This document shows, piece after piece, positions 8,921 through 18,473 of a DNA stretch of 64,000 nucleotides. The notes beneath the pieces were generated by a model. That model was given only the letters and a program-made list of their open reading frames with translations. It did no database searches and was not told the DNA's origin. The stretch is from NCBI GenBank assembly GCA_019057815.1, contig JAHLWR010000004.1, forward strand, positions 32,001 through 96,000, written 5' to 3'. Source of the stretch: Candidatus Heimdallarchaeota archaeon. Lineage in GTDB: Archaea > Asgardarchaeota > Heimdallarchaeia > Heimdallarchaeales > Heimdallarchaeaceae. Positions within the stretch are counted from its first letter, which is position 1, and each line of letters begins with the position of its first letter. The position numbers and the translations under genes are program-made.

Positions 8921-10062
8921 TTACCTAAGAGGGAGATATTACGCGAAGCGTTGCGGTCAGCGTGGACTTCAAATCCACAGAAATGACATCTGTAGAAGTC
9001 TCGAGTAGTACGTGATTGTTTACTCCTCTTACCGCAACGCGAACAAGTTTGACTGGTAAAATGGGGATAAATAGGAATAATTGATATACTGTGGAGTTGA
9101 GCAAGATGGATAAGTTTGTACAACAACACTCTGTACGGCCACTTGTTCAACTGTCTGCGAGCCTTTTTAGCTCCCTTCTTATCTTTTGTTGCTTGTTTGG
9201 TCCATTTTTTACGAAGATGGGTGACATCTTCAACTACGATAGCAGAACGAGTGAGAACTGCTAAATCAACTATTTCATGTGCGATCTGCGCACAACGGGT
9301 TTGAACATACTTCTTTTCACGATACTTTAACCTTTTGAGTGCACGCCGTGCACTGACACTTCCTTGACTAGCATGTTTTTGTAACATTGCTCGTCGTTTA
9401 AGGAACTGGTGCTGTTTCCACGCCAGATCCTTCCCAAGATATTGTTCCACCAGAGGAAAACAAGGATGGTTGAGAGTGTAAGCTGCTGCTACTTTAACTC
9501 CTATGTCCACTCCGATGGTTCCTTCCACCTCTTGGACGGGGGGAAGCGGTCGACGAATAACCAGATGCGCTACCCACTGACGATTATTCTTGAACACAAT
9601 ACAACTGTGAGCCTCCCATCCTCCTTTAACGTGGTCTCGGAGACGATACCACCCTCCGTTCATCTTAACAGGGAAAGCTATACGTTTTTTTAAAGGTGAA
9701 AGCGAGAGTATGGGGTGCCCTTGAGCGGTAAATTTGAGGTTTCCACTTCGAGGAAAATTGAACTCTAGGGGGAAGTTGCGGAAGAGTATAGCTTTTTTAG
9801 CTGCGTACACTCTCCGTTGTACCGCTTCCTGAACTTGACTCTGAATGCCAAGATGTTTGTGTTTACGATAAACTATGTGGTGGAATTTGGTTAAAGAGCT
9901 AGCTTGGTTGGTGAATGGTAGGAGTTGATTAGCAAAAGATACAATCTTTACCTGTGCTGTATTCAAGTATCTCTTTTTTTCTTTTCCAGGGGTTAAAACT
10001 AACGGGATAGTCTTCTCGATCATTTTTCTCGAAATGCTTTTTCTCCCCTTAGTTTGCATCAT
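8770..10062 (-). CDS. tnpB: RNA-guided endonuclease TnpB
   Basis: RuvC-I GVDIG, RuvC-II VVEDV, zinc finger TSQTCSRCG...CHFCG, RuvC-III HADRNASRNI. All three acidic residues are intact. Confidence 0.95.
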   Translation of the reverse strand: MMQTKGRKSISRKMIEKTIPLVLTPGKEKKRYLNTAQVKIVSFANQLLPFTNQASSLTKFHHIVYRKHKHLGIQSQVQEAVQRRVYAAKKAILFRNFPLEFNFPRSGNLKFTAQGHPILSLSPLKKRIAFPVKMNGGWYRLRDHVKGGWEAHSCIVFKNNRQWVAHLVIRRPLPPVQEVEGTIGVDIGVKVAAAYTLNHPCFPLVEQYLGKDLAWKQHQFLKRRAMLQKHASQGSVSARRALKRLKYREKKYVQTRCAQIAHEIVDLAVLTRSAIVVEDVTHLRKKWTKQATKDKKGAKKARRQLNKWPYRVLLYKLIHLAQLHSISIIPIYPHFTSQTCSRCGKRSKQSRTTRDFYRCHFCGFEVHADRNASRNISLLGKYKQGLKLFSSWSSYLPVPRERLTSCYPVSVAEVPSTVSNGTMSGSVPVD

Positions 10063-10081
10063 CTTTCTATCTTTATTTTCC

Positions 10082-10095
10082 TATAAAAACCCGTA
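10082..10095 (-). promoter_or_regulatory. BRE/TATA-like promoter of tnpB
   Basis: TACGGGTTTTTATA about 20 nt upstream of the tnpB ATG. The same TACGGGTTT occurs at 3489-3497. Confidence 0.5.
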
Positions 10096-10369
10096 GTATT
10101 ACATAATTATACTACTTATAAAATTGTACAAAAAAGTCTCTCATGAATATTAGCTGAAAGCAAGAACAATGGTCCGTCTTCTTTACCTCTTATTATTGCA
10201 ACAGGTAATTTTTCTATGTTGCCATGAGGATATTCGAATATATCTACATATGCGAACTTCTTCTCACCTGGGTGACTCTGGATTCCAAAAATTTCCATAA
10301 CTTAGGAGGATGCACTTATATTTTAAGTATTATTGCTCGAGGTTTGTTTTTCAATAACATTAGTGATTA

Positions 10370-11479
10370 TTAGGGATTCTTAAATGCTTGTTCTAACTCT
10401 TCTGTTGTAGCTCGAGGAATTTTAGCCATCGCAATGTTTTCAGTTATATGAGCTGGGTTTTTCATACCTACTAATGTTGAAACGATATTTTCATGAGCTG
10501 ATCTAGCATAGTGAATAGAAGATTGAGCTTGACTATAATCAGGAGAAAACTGAGGATAGTATTCATCTTGTAGTAATTTGCCTTGTAACATCGGTGCAGA
10601 ACCAAAAAGTCTGATTCCGAATTTTTTTGCGGATTCAGCTAAAGTATATTTTTCATTGCTTATACTTTGATTTCGAAGGCTTACAGCTTGATGATAGAGG
10701 TAGTTTATTGGAGTTTGAACAAATTTGAATCCATGATCCTCCCCACCAATCTCTTTTGCAATATTTACTACTCTTTCAAGAGATAAATAATTAGGTTGAT
10801 TAGGAAGAACACGTAAAGAATCCCAAGTAGCAAGACCATACCATCTGATTTTCTTTATATCTCTCATCTTCTCATAAAAAAGGAAGACTTCTCTTAGTTT
10901 ATCATTAAATTCTATCTGATTTATGTATTCAAGCTGTGATTCAGCAGGGTTATGCAAATAGATCAAATCAACAGCTTCAAGTTGTAGATTTGATAACGAT
11001 TCATATAATTGAAATTCAAGAAAAGAAGGGGCCATACAATGGATTCCACCAGCTACGTCTTCTTTTCGACAGATATTGGAGTGAATAATTTCTTCATATA
11101 AGTATTCTGGAATGTTATTATAGTATTTTTCTTGATTAGGAGCTATATATCCATTTTTCGTAGAAATGAAAATTTGTTCTCTTGAAAATTCTCCAGAATT
11201 AAATAGGGATGCTAAAGCTTTACCAATAGATTGTTCAGCTCTCTGAAAACGGTAATTTATCGCTGTATCTATTACATTAACTGCTCCTGATCTCAAACAC
11301 TTGGTAACAGCATCTACGACTTGTTGATCAACTTCAGGAGTAGGGTTACCTAAGTAAGTTCCTAAACCTATAGATGACAAAAAAAGTTTTTCTACTTCGT
11401 TAAAGTGCTGAGGATGAATGTAAGATTGAGAAATAGCTTTTTCCATGTACTCCTTTGTTCCTTCCTTGGATGCAAACAT
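10370..11479 (-). CDS. Aldo/keto reductase
   Basis: SSIGLGTY, IDTAINY, ISTKNGY, DLIYLHNP and LVGMKNPAHITEN. ATG at 11479 chosen as start. Confidence 0.9.
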   Translation of the reverse strand: MFASKEGTKEYMEKAISQSYIHPQHFNEVEKLFLSSIGLGTYLGNPTPEVDQQVVDAVTKCLRSGAVNVIDTAINYRFQRAEQSIGKALASLFNSGEFSREQIFISTKNGYIAPNQEKYYNNIPEYLYEEIIHSNICRKEDVAGGIHCMAPSFLEFQLYESLSNLQLEAVDLIYLHNPAESQLEYINQIEFNDKLREVFLFYEKMRDIKKIRWYGLATWDSLRVLPNQPNYLSLERVVNIAKEIGGEDHGFKFVQTPINYLYHQAVSLRNQSISNEKYTLAESAKKFGIRLFGSAPMLQGKLLQDEYYPQFSPDYSQAQSSIHYARSAHENIVSTLVGMKNPAHITENIAMAKIPRATTEELEQAFKNP

Positions 11480-11662
11480 ATTTAGCAATAATTTTTTAAC
11501 AAATATAAATTGTTGGTTTCCAGAAAAGTTTAGAGTATTCGAACCTTTTGAGAAATTAATCTTTCGCGAAAATAGGAGGAAATCTTTATACCCATAGACT
11601 CTTCTCTCCACGTTTTAAAGGAGAGTTTATATATAACTCGAAAAATCCATAAATTGATTATT

Positions 11663-13141
11663 ATGAAAGATATACAAGATGTTACAGCTATTGAAGCTAA
11701 AAAAACTAGTTTCCGAAACGTTTTCTTATGGTCAAGTTATGATGCAGCAGATACACTTTTCAGTCAAGCTGTAATTAGCTTAATCTTTCAACCATTCGTA
11801 CTTTTAATGGCGTTTTACAATGGAGTTGGATCGTATAGTCAAGCTTTTCTTTATATGTCGCTATTTATGGCACTATCTAATTTATTAGTTGCTCTTCTAG
11901 GTCCTTTTATTGGTGCTTTAAGTGATACTATTGGAAAAAGGAAACCTTTAGTTTTAATTGTTGCATCAATTATGATGCTAGCAACTCTGGGAATGTTGCT
12001 TTGGAAGAATTGGGTGTGGTTATGTATCATGTTTGTTATCGCTAATTTCTGTTACCAGGCAGGAAGAATGTTTTTTGACAGTATGATACCCTTTTTATCT
12101 GAAACAAAAAAACGAGGTTTTGTTTCCTCTATCTCTGGTTCTTTAAGCTTTATAGGTACTATGGCAGCAATTGGGATAGGAATGGCAGTATATGGTAAAA
12201 CTAACGAGCCTGATGTACCAGCAAGAATTTACGAGCAAGCTTTAGAAAATGCTAGTAATTTACAGCCAGGAAGTTCTCCTAATTTTGGTAATTTGTGGTT
12301 ATTCATTATCCTTTCCGTTGTTGCTATCGCATTGTTGACGTTACCCTTTATTTTCAGCAAAGAAAAAACTCAACCTAATGAAAATGGAATAAAAAAGAAC
12401 TTAAAAATTGCTCGAACTAATTTCAGACAAACTTTAAGAGAGTTATTCAAATATAAAAATGCTCTAATTTTCATTATAGCTTGGTTCTTTGTAACGGATG
12501 CGGCTAATACAGCTATTCTTTACATGAACGCAGTGTTAACTGATGGTGGTGGTGGGTCTCCTACAGATGCTTTAATCATTATTGCTGTAGGTGGTGTTCT
12601 TGCTATGGTAGGTGCCATTGGACATGGAATTTTGATGGATAGGATTGGTCCAAAAAAGAATTTTATGATAAATATAACCGCTTGGGGAATAGCAATTATC
12701 TTAGCTATTGTTGCAACGTCTTTAAATGGTTATCATTTAGCTAACGGTATTCATCTGAATGAAGCTGGTACAGCAAGTGCTTGGGCATATAAGATAATGT
12801 TTGCTATGGTAATTCCTGTTGGTATTGGTTTTGGAGGTATCTGGATAATCGGTCGCCAATTTATCTATCAAATAGCTCCCCCCTCCAAAGTTACACAATA
12901 CATGGGTTTCAAACAAATTTCTGGACGTGTTAGTGCAATCGTAAGTCCATTAATCTTCTCTGGGTTCATAGCAATGTCAGAAAGTTTAGGTCTTTCAATT
13001 CCTTACAGTTTTACAGTAGCTTTAATACCTCTAGTTGTATTCTTTTTAATAGGTTTCATCATAATTACAAGGTATAAATCTGTGCATGAAGAGTATTTAG
13101 ATGGAGAAAGGGCACCATATAAGAAGTTACAAAAGAAATAA
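11663..13141 (+). CDS. MFS transporter (UMF1/Atg22-like)
   Basis: About 12 hydrophobic segments, GALSDTIGKRK and MDRIGPKK motif-A loops, W..YD.A near the N-terminus. Confidence 0.85.
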   Translation: MKDIQDVTAIEAKKTSFRNVFLWSSYDAADTLFSQAVISLIFQPFVLLMAFYNGVGSYSQAFLYMSLFMALSNLLVALLGPFIGALSDTIGKRKPLVLIVASIMMLATLGMLLWKNWVWLCIMFVIANFCYQAGRMFFDSMIPFLSETKKRGFVSSISGSLSFIGTMAAIGIGMAVYGKTNEPDVPARIYEQALENASNLQPGSSPNFGNLWLFIILSVVAIALLTLPFIFSKEKTQPNENGIKKNLKIARTNFRQTLRELFKYKNALIFIIAWFFVTDAANTAILYMNAVLTDGGGGSPTDALIIIAVGGVLAMVGAIGHGILMDRIGPKKNFMINITAWGIAIILAIVATSLNGYHLANGIHLNEAGTASAWAYKIMFAMVIPVGIGFGGIWIIGRQFIYQIAPPSKVTQYMGFKQISGRVSAIVSPLIFSGFIAMSESLGLSIPYSFTVALIPLVVFFLIGFIIITRYKSVHEEYLDGERAPYKKLQKK

Positions 13142-13286
13142 ACACTAAAATTCCTTTCTTTTCCCTTTTTTTTCTTTTAAAAAATTTCTTGATATGTTGA
13201 TTAAGAGTAAAAAGCTATTCAGCTGTAACCAAATTTTTTTAATGACATAATCTTTTAAGAATAATAGAAACTTCTTGTGATTGCTA

Positions 13287-14207
13287 ATGGGAAATTCTGG
13301 ATTGAACCTTGAAGATGTATTGATGAAAAGGCTTAAGCTTAATCTTGATGACGATGATGACATAGCTTCAGTCTTAAAAGAAGGGGAATATTCCGAATCT
13401 TTTGTTAAAGAACTACAGCAAAGAAATCTTGTTCTTCTCGAAGCACTAAGAAAAGTGAAAATGCTTGTCGAGAGATTGATGTTACAAAATAAAGAACTCA
13501 AAAAACGTGTGATAATTCTTGAAAAAGAGTACAAGGATCAGCAAAAAAAAGGCGTGAAAATGGTTTCTGCTGCTCGATATAGAGAGATGAAAACAAATGC
13601 TGACGAGCTAGCGCGAAGCTTACCGAAATTACTGAAACTAATTAAGTTGCTCAATTCAGAGAATAAGTTGTTAAAAGATAAAAGTTTAGCTATCGAAAAT
13701 GAATTTTCAGATATGATGGATGAGAGAGATGACCTTAAAACGCGTTTAGTTGGTTTGAATGAGAAAAACCAACTAGAAGTTGTAGCAGAATTAACAGAAC
13801 TCTTTCCAACTGTGGACATAGCGGCGATAACAGCTAAAACTATAACAGAAGCTGCAGTTGTAAATAATGATTTAGTTAATGGTACATCTCCAGAAATCAA
13901 ATCAATAGCTCAAGCTGCAAGTGATTCAGCACCAACAATTGAGAAACAAGCTAAAAGCGATTTGTCGCATGTAAGTAGTCTCAGTAATGAACAAATATCA
14001 AAGCTAATTGATCTGGTAGTGAAAATTAATGATAAAATTGAGAATCTTAGCGGAACAATGGTTATCGCCGCTCCCGGAAGAAAAAAAGGTAAAATACAAC
14101 TTGATTTAGCTGATGCTATAAGCGAAGGAAAAATGGGAGAAGGAGATGAGCGTCCTGATAGACCAGATCTGGAAGATATTCTGGATGATATACTAATTTC
14201 GGGTTAG
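13287..14207 (+). CDS. Hypothetical coiled-coil protein
   Basis: Long heptad-rich N-terminal half, low-complexity linker, acidic C-terminal motif. No family recognised. Confidence 0.7.
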   Translation: MGNSGLNLEDVLMKRLKLNLDDDDDIASVLKEGEYSESFVKELQQRNLVLLEALRKVKMLVERLMLQNKELKKRVIILEKEYKDQQKKGVKMVSAARYREMKTNADELARSLPKLLKLIKLLNSENKLLKDKSLAIENEFSDMMDERDDLKTRLVGLNEKNQLEVVAELTELFPTVDIAAITAKTITEAAVVNNDLVNGTSPEIKSIAQAASDSAPTIEKQAKSDLSHVSSLSNEQISKLIDLVVKINDKIENLSGTMVIAAPGRKKGKIQLDLADAISEGKMGEGDERPDRPDLEDILDDILISG

Positions 14208-14494
14208 TTAGTTACACACTTATGTTGGATAAGAAACAACAAATATAAGGAAATTTTCCGAAATAATTGCACAGTTTCAAATAGTATAGAAACTAGTATT
14301 CCTATAACTGTTAATATTTAATTAATGAGAGTCTCAGATCCTTTTTTATCGCATAACTTGAACTTAAAGTAGTGCATGATCATCATTAACCCTCATGATA
14401 GTAATATTTTTGAGGTAATATGACTTTTGGTTTCAACAAGATTATTTAGAAATAGAACTACTTAGAAAATTTTTCTCGCTCCACAAAAAAGATT

Positions 14495-14538
14495 AAATAT
14501 AATGGTAATTTACAAATATAACGGTAATACAAATATAA
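14495..14538 (+). repeat. Three short direct repeats (AAATATAA[T/C]GGTAAT) upstream of the RHH/zinc-finger gene
   Basis: AAATATAA units start at 14495, 14514 and 14531; the first two continue as (T/C)GGTAAT. Confidence 0.65.
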
Positions 14539-14553
14539 TACAGGTGATTTGAG

Positions 14554-15543
14554 TTGACACCAAAAACTAGTGGAACCAGGACTTCAAACGTTTATACCAT
14601 TAATTTGCCTTCACAGTTTAAAAAATCTGTTCTGGAAAAAGCTCAACTTTTTGGTGGTGCTGGACATTTGATCACATTGTCATTAGATGATTTAGCTCTG
14701 AGAGTAAGGAAAGCTAGAAACAGATTAAATTTAGTCGAAGAATTGAATGATTATATTAAACTTGAAATTTTATTAATGAGACGTTATGAATTGGAGAGAA
14801 AAGACGGAGAGAACATTAAATTATCTTTTAGATTAAGGGATATTATTAGTAAAAATAGTTTGAACATAATAAAGAAGAAAACTGGTTGGCAGACTTCAAA
14901 AACTGTTAGAATCGCCTTATTGTGGTATTTGTATGCGAATTTTGATGAATTTGTAGCTTCTGAAAGTTTCGTAAATTTGTTGAGATGTGATCACTGTGGT
15001 TTTGTAACTCATGATCAGAGAGCTTTAGCAGTTCATATCAAAACACTACATGAGGTTGTTTGTCCATATTGTGGTGCTCACTATATGAGTACATCGTATC
15101 ATAGTTGTCCTCAACAAGAACTAACAAAAGTAAGAATTGAGCCAAGTCAACCAATTCCTGATTCTTTAAGTGATTCTCCAAGTTTAGTTGATGCTCTATC
15201 TGCTATTGACTCTGACGAAACAAAACTATTAAAAGAACTAGGAATTAAGGATATTAAACCCATGAAGGACGAAGCTGATGTTCTTGCAGATATCTCAGAT
15301 TTAATTCCTGATCCAAGTTTATTTGATGATTCAGATGCCCAATTGGAAAAAATACAGGAAGAGATATCTAAAGTTGGGGGAACCTTAGTAGATTTGCCAA
15401 GAGGTTCAGAAGCATCAGAAGTTGATGACAAAAAGAAAGATAAAAAACATAAAAAAGAAAAAGACTCCAACCTTGAAAAACTACAATCAGAGATAGGTGA
15501 GATGCTATTATCTTTAAAAGATGATGGTTTATTAGATGAATAA
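14554..15543 (+). CDS. Putative DNA-binding protein: RHH-like motifs, C2H2 zinc finger, C2HC finger and acidic tail
   Basis: IKLSFRL...TSKTVRIALLWYL (RHH pattern), CDHC-x12-HIKTLH, CPYC-x9-HSC and a D/E-rich C-terminus. TTG start with upstream GGTG. Confidence 0.65.
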   Translation: MTPKTSGTRTSNVYTINLPSQFKKSVLEKAQLFGGAGHLITLSLDDLALRVRKARNRLNLVEELNDYIKLEILLMRRYELERKDGENIKLSFRLRDIISKNSLNIIKKKTGWQTSKTVRIALLWYLYANFDEFVASESFVNLLRCDHCGFVTHDQRALAVHIKTLHEVVCPYCGAHYMSTSYHSCPQQELTKVRIEPSQPIPDSLSDSPSLVDALSAIDSDETKLLKELGIKDIKPMKDEADVLADISDLIPDPSLFDDSDAQLEKIQEEISKVGGTLVDLPRGSEASEVDDKKKDKKHKKEKDSNLEKLQSEIGEMLLSLKDDGLLDE

Positions 15544-15592
15544 GGGTTAGAGTTAAAAAGTATGAAAATAATTAATCTAGTAGGTGCTATAA

Positions 15593-16459
15593 ATGGTTAA
15601 CCCGATGAGAATATTACTCTGTGAAGATGATGAGGATATCGCTTTTCTAATCAAGATTAGTCTTCTCAAAGAGTTTCCTGATGCTGAAGTACATATTACC
15701 TGCACAAAAGAAGAAACCCTAAAAATGCTTTTTGACTTGAACTATGATGTTGATGTTATCCTTCTTGATTATTTACTAGTAAATTCTACAGGTCTTGAAG
15801 TGTTAGAAGAAATCAAAAAAATAACTGAAATCCCTGTAATTATTATCACTGGGCAAGGTTCAGAAGAGGTTGCAGTCAAAGCTATGAAACTTGGAGCTTC
15901 TGATTATATAGTCAAAAGAGGTCGTTTTTTCAACCAAATTCCAAAAGTTGTTGAAAAAGTCACAAAATTCAAGCCTCGATATGATTTGGATAAGATATTT
16001 ACAGCTTTTTATAGATTCGGTTATTCAGGAACTGAACCAATATCTGTTAGTAAAATACCAGAAGAATATGAAAGTAAAAGAGAAACTGTAGTTTTGTCTC
16101 TAGGAGTTTTATTGTTTACTCTTTTTGGGATGGGTGAAGTAGAAAAACTGGAAACAGGTTCGATTTCAGGACCAGTAAGAATCCCTAAAATGAATCAATA
16201 TAGTGCTACCAGTTTCCTCTATGTGGTTAAAGATAGAAACCAACAAGATCCCAGACTTAAAGATGAAAAAGGTGGAGGGACAGATTATTGCATTGTTGCT
16301 ATAGGATACCCATCAGAGTACTCAGATTTAGTTTATGGACTTGATAAAATTAAGAATGTATTGAATATATTCTTTGAAGGTATAAATGATGTTTCTGAAA
16401 TAAAGGAAAAATCTCAAAATGTTGAAGAGCAGATTTACAACATTATTAGAAGGTTTTAG
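15593..16459 (+). CDS. Response regulator (REC) with an uncharacterised C-terminal domain
   Basis: ILLCEDD, ILLDY (phospho-Asp), ITGQG and GASDYIVK. Confidence 0.85.
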   Translation: MVNPMRILLCEDDEDIAFLIKISLLKEFPDAEVHITCTKEETLKMLFDLNYDVDVILLDYLLVNSTGLEVLEEIKKITEIPVIIITGQGSEEVAVKAMKLGASDYIVKRGRFFNQIPKVVEKVTKFKPRYDLDKIFTAFYRFGYSGTEPISVSKIPEEYESKRETVVLSLGVLLFTLFGMGEVEKLETGSISGPVRIPKMNQYSATSFLYVVKDRNQQDPRLKDEKGGGTDYCIVAIGYPSEYSDLVYGLDKIKNVLNIFFEGINDVSEIKEKSQNVEEQIYNIIRRF

Positions 16460-17621
16460 TTTTTCTCAAATAAGCTGATTCATAAGTTTTTACAATCTTT
16501 TCAGCTTCTAGTTCCCAATTATAACTGTTAAAATACGCTTGCTGAGCATTTATTTTCATTTGTGCCAACTTATCTTTGTTATTATAAAGATCAAGAATGG
16601 TTTTAGCAATTTCTCTTGGAGATGTTGGATCGATTAGTTCTCCAAATTTCTCCATTCCTTCTATAGCCCTTTGTAACCCCTCAAAATTTGAGCCTATAAA
16701 TGGAACTCCAGCAGAACAATAATCATATAATCTATTTGGCATTCTAAGAAAATTATTTTTTCCAGGTTGGAATAGAATTAATCCAATATCGCAAGTTCTA
16801 AGGATAGATAAAGCATCTAAATAATCCATCCATCCAGTTAATGTAAAATAATCTGATAAACCTTTTTCATTTACTAACTTCCTCATTAGTTCCAAAGCAG
16901 GTCCTGAACCAATTATTAGAAATTCAATGTCTTCAGAAGAAAGTTTTTCTTTTAGTATTTCTACAGTTTCAACTGTTTTATCGTATCCAAGGTTTTCATA
17001 CATCACTCCAAAGTAAACAACTCTGAATTTAGTTTTTTTCTCATATTTAGAAGAAATAGGTTTTAAATGAGCTTTTTCAACGTCTATTTTGGAGGGGTAA
17101 TTTGATACCCATTCACTATTAGTGTTGTATTTTCTTTTCAATGTGTCTGTTACTGTTGGAGCAGCTGTGATTATTTTATCAACCTTTTTCAGATATTTCT
17201 TTTCTAACCATGTATAGGCAATTAAAGCTAGCAAACCAAATGTTTCTGACATTTGTTCAGGAAAATTTTCATGACTATCATAAATTACAATGTCTGAGAT
17301 GTTTTTTAATTTTGAAGCAAGAGGAAGAACATTCAAGTCATGTAGGTGCAAAATGTTGTACTTTTGCTTACCAAACCTTTTTTTAACATTTTTCCAAAAT
17401 TCGAAATATTTGAAAATAGACTTGCGTTTACTGCTCATCCTTATGATTGTGTAGCCATCGCGTTCTTCTGTTTCTGGTAGTTCTCCAGTTCGATCAATTG
17501 CAGCAATTGTTACTTCATTTCCATCTTGAATTAAGTAACGAGCCTCTTTTTCAACTCGTACATCAGGTGAAACAGAACTTAAAACAACCATTAGAATATT
17601 TCTCTTTGCCTTGGTCATCAT
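16446..17621 (-). CDS. Glycosyltransferase family 4
   Basis: DVRVEKEA, IYDSHENFPE and PNRLYDYCSAGVPFI. Confidence 0.9.
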   Translation of the reverse strand: MMTKAKRNILMVVLSSVSPDVRVEKEARYLIQDGNEVTIAAIDRTGELPETEERDGYTIIRMSSKRKSIFKYFEFWKNVKKRFGKQKYNILHLHDLNVLPLASKLKNISDIVIYDSHENFPEQMSETFGLLALIAYTWLEKKYLKKVDKIITAAPTVTDTLKRKYNTNSEWVSNYPSKIDVEKAHLKPISSKYEKKTKFRVVYFGVMYENLGYDKTVETVEILKEKLSSEDIEFLIIGSGPALELMRKLVNEKGLSDYFTLTGWMDYLDALSILRTCDIGLILFQPGKNNFLRMPNRLYDYCSAGVPFIGSNFEGLQRAIEGMEKFGELIDPTSPREIAKTILDLYNNKDKLAQMKINAQQAYFNSYNWELEAEKIVKTYESAYLRKTKTF

Positions 17622-17708
17622 CTCTTCTTGTATTTATTACATTTATAAATAATCTTTCAGTGCACCAAATGCAATATATTTTTTAGTCTTGATTTTATAG
17701 AGGTTTTA

Positions 17709-18230
17709 ATGATTAATTCCAAGAAGCGTGACCTTACTATATTCTTTGACCCTAAAATACCCACAGATGAAATAAACACTATTGCTGAAGAAATAAGTTA
17801 CACTTATGGAATACAAATAATAGAAAAGTTAGAATTATCGATTATTTCTAGTGCCCTAAACAAATCTAGAAATCAATATAATGGTCAATTTTTACTCAAT
17901 TTTCTAATCGAAAACAAGAAACAAAGATTCTTTTTATGGATTGTTAAAGATGATTTGTATGTACCTTTTAGAAATTTTGTTTTTGGGCTGGCTACAAAAA
18001 ACTATGGGGCTGTTTTAACATTTTATCGATTGATCAATATTACTATGAAAATTAAGGAAAGTATCCATGAATGTGGTCACATTTACGGATTGAATCATTG
18101 TAAAAACAACTGTGTTATGCAATATTCCAACAGTTTCAATGATGCAATGAATAAACCTTCAAAATTATGCCAAAAATGCCAACAAAGTCTGGTTTCAAGT
18201 ATTGACAATTTACAAGATAGCATAGTTTAA
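17709..18230 (+). CDS. Archaemetzincin (peptidase M54)
   Basis: HECGHIYGLNHC..CVM..S......LCQKC, RNQY and NFVFGLA. Confidence 0.9.
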   Translation: MINSKKRDLTIFFDPKIPTDEINTIAEEISYTYGIQIIEKLELSIISSALNKSRNQYNGQFLLNFLIENKKQRFFLWIVKDDLYVPFRNFVFGLATKNYGAVLTFYRLINITMKIKESIHECGHIYGLNHCKNNCVMQYSNSFNDAMNKPSKLCQKCQQSLVSSIDNLQDSIV

Positions 18231-18473
18231 TTGTTAAAGTGATAAAATAGAGAAAGATGCTTAGTGCACAATTAGATCTCTTTCATTTTTAAGATGAAAC
18301 CAGATATTTAGCTCTCAAACAACAATATCAGATTTTATTGCTAGATTTAAAGTAAGCTTTTTCCTATTAATTTTTAAACAGTGCTCTTTATCTATTCCTC
18401 TTTTCTAATATGTGATAGATAAAAATGAACTTTAACAACTTATCTGAAAAAACAAAATTGGAGGTTTTCTAAA

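Larger units (their letters stand above)
8722..10141 (-). mobile_element. Non-autonomous TnpB-only insertion element (IS607/IS1341-like), 1,420 bp
   Basis: Flanked by CAT direct repeats (8719-8721, 10142-10144). Perfect 15-bp inverted repeats at 8730-8744 and 10120-10134. Visibly more GC-rich than the host. Single ORF, no tnpA. Confidence 0.9.
7727..10298 (-). pseudogene. Succinylglutamate desuccinylase/aspartoacylase-family gene interrupted by a TnpB element
   Basis: 5' part 10298-10142 joined to 3' part 8718-7727 gives a 382-aa ORF restoring the zinc motif NIHGSELHG. TLNPAG, DPNR, IDLHC and VELGG are present. Confidence 0.9.

Noticed and set aside
8711-10150. The paired ends of the TnpB element resemble a bulge-helix-bulge (4-bp GACU/AGUC helix with staggered bulges), suggesting intron-like removal from the host mRNA
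   Set aside because: On the sense RNA the bulges lie 5' of the central helix, the wrong polarity for the splicing endonuclease. None of the cut registers I tried restores CAT-GGA-AGC, and no group I intron core is evident.
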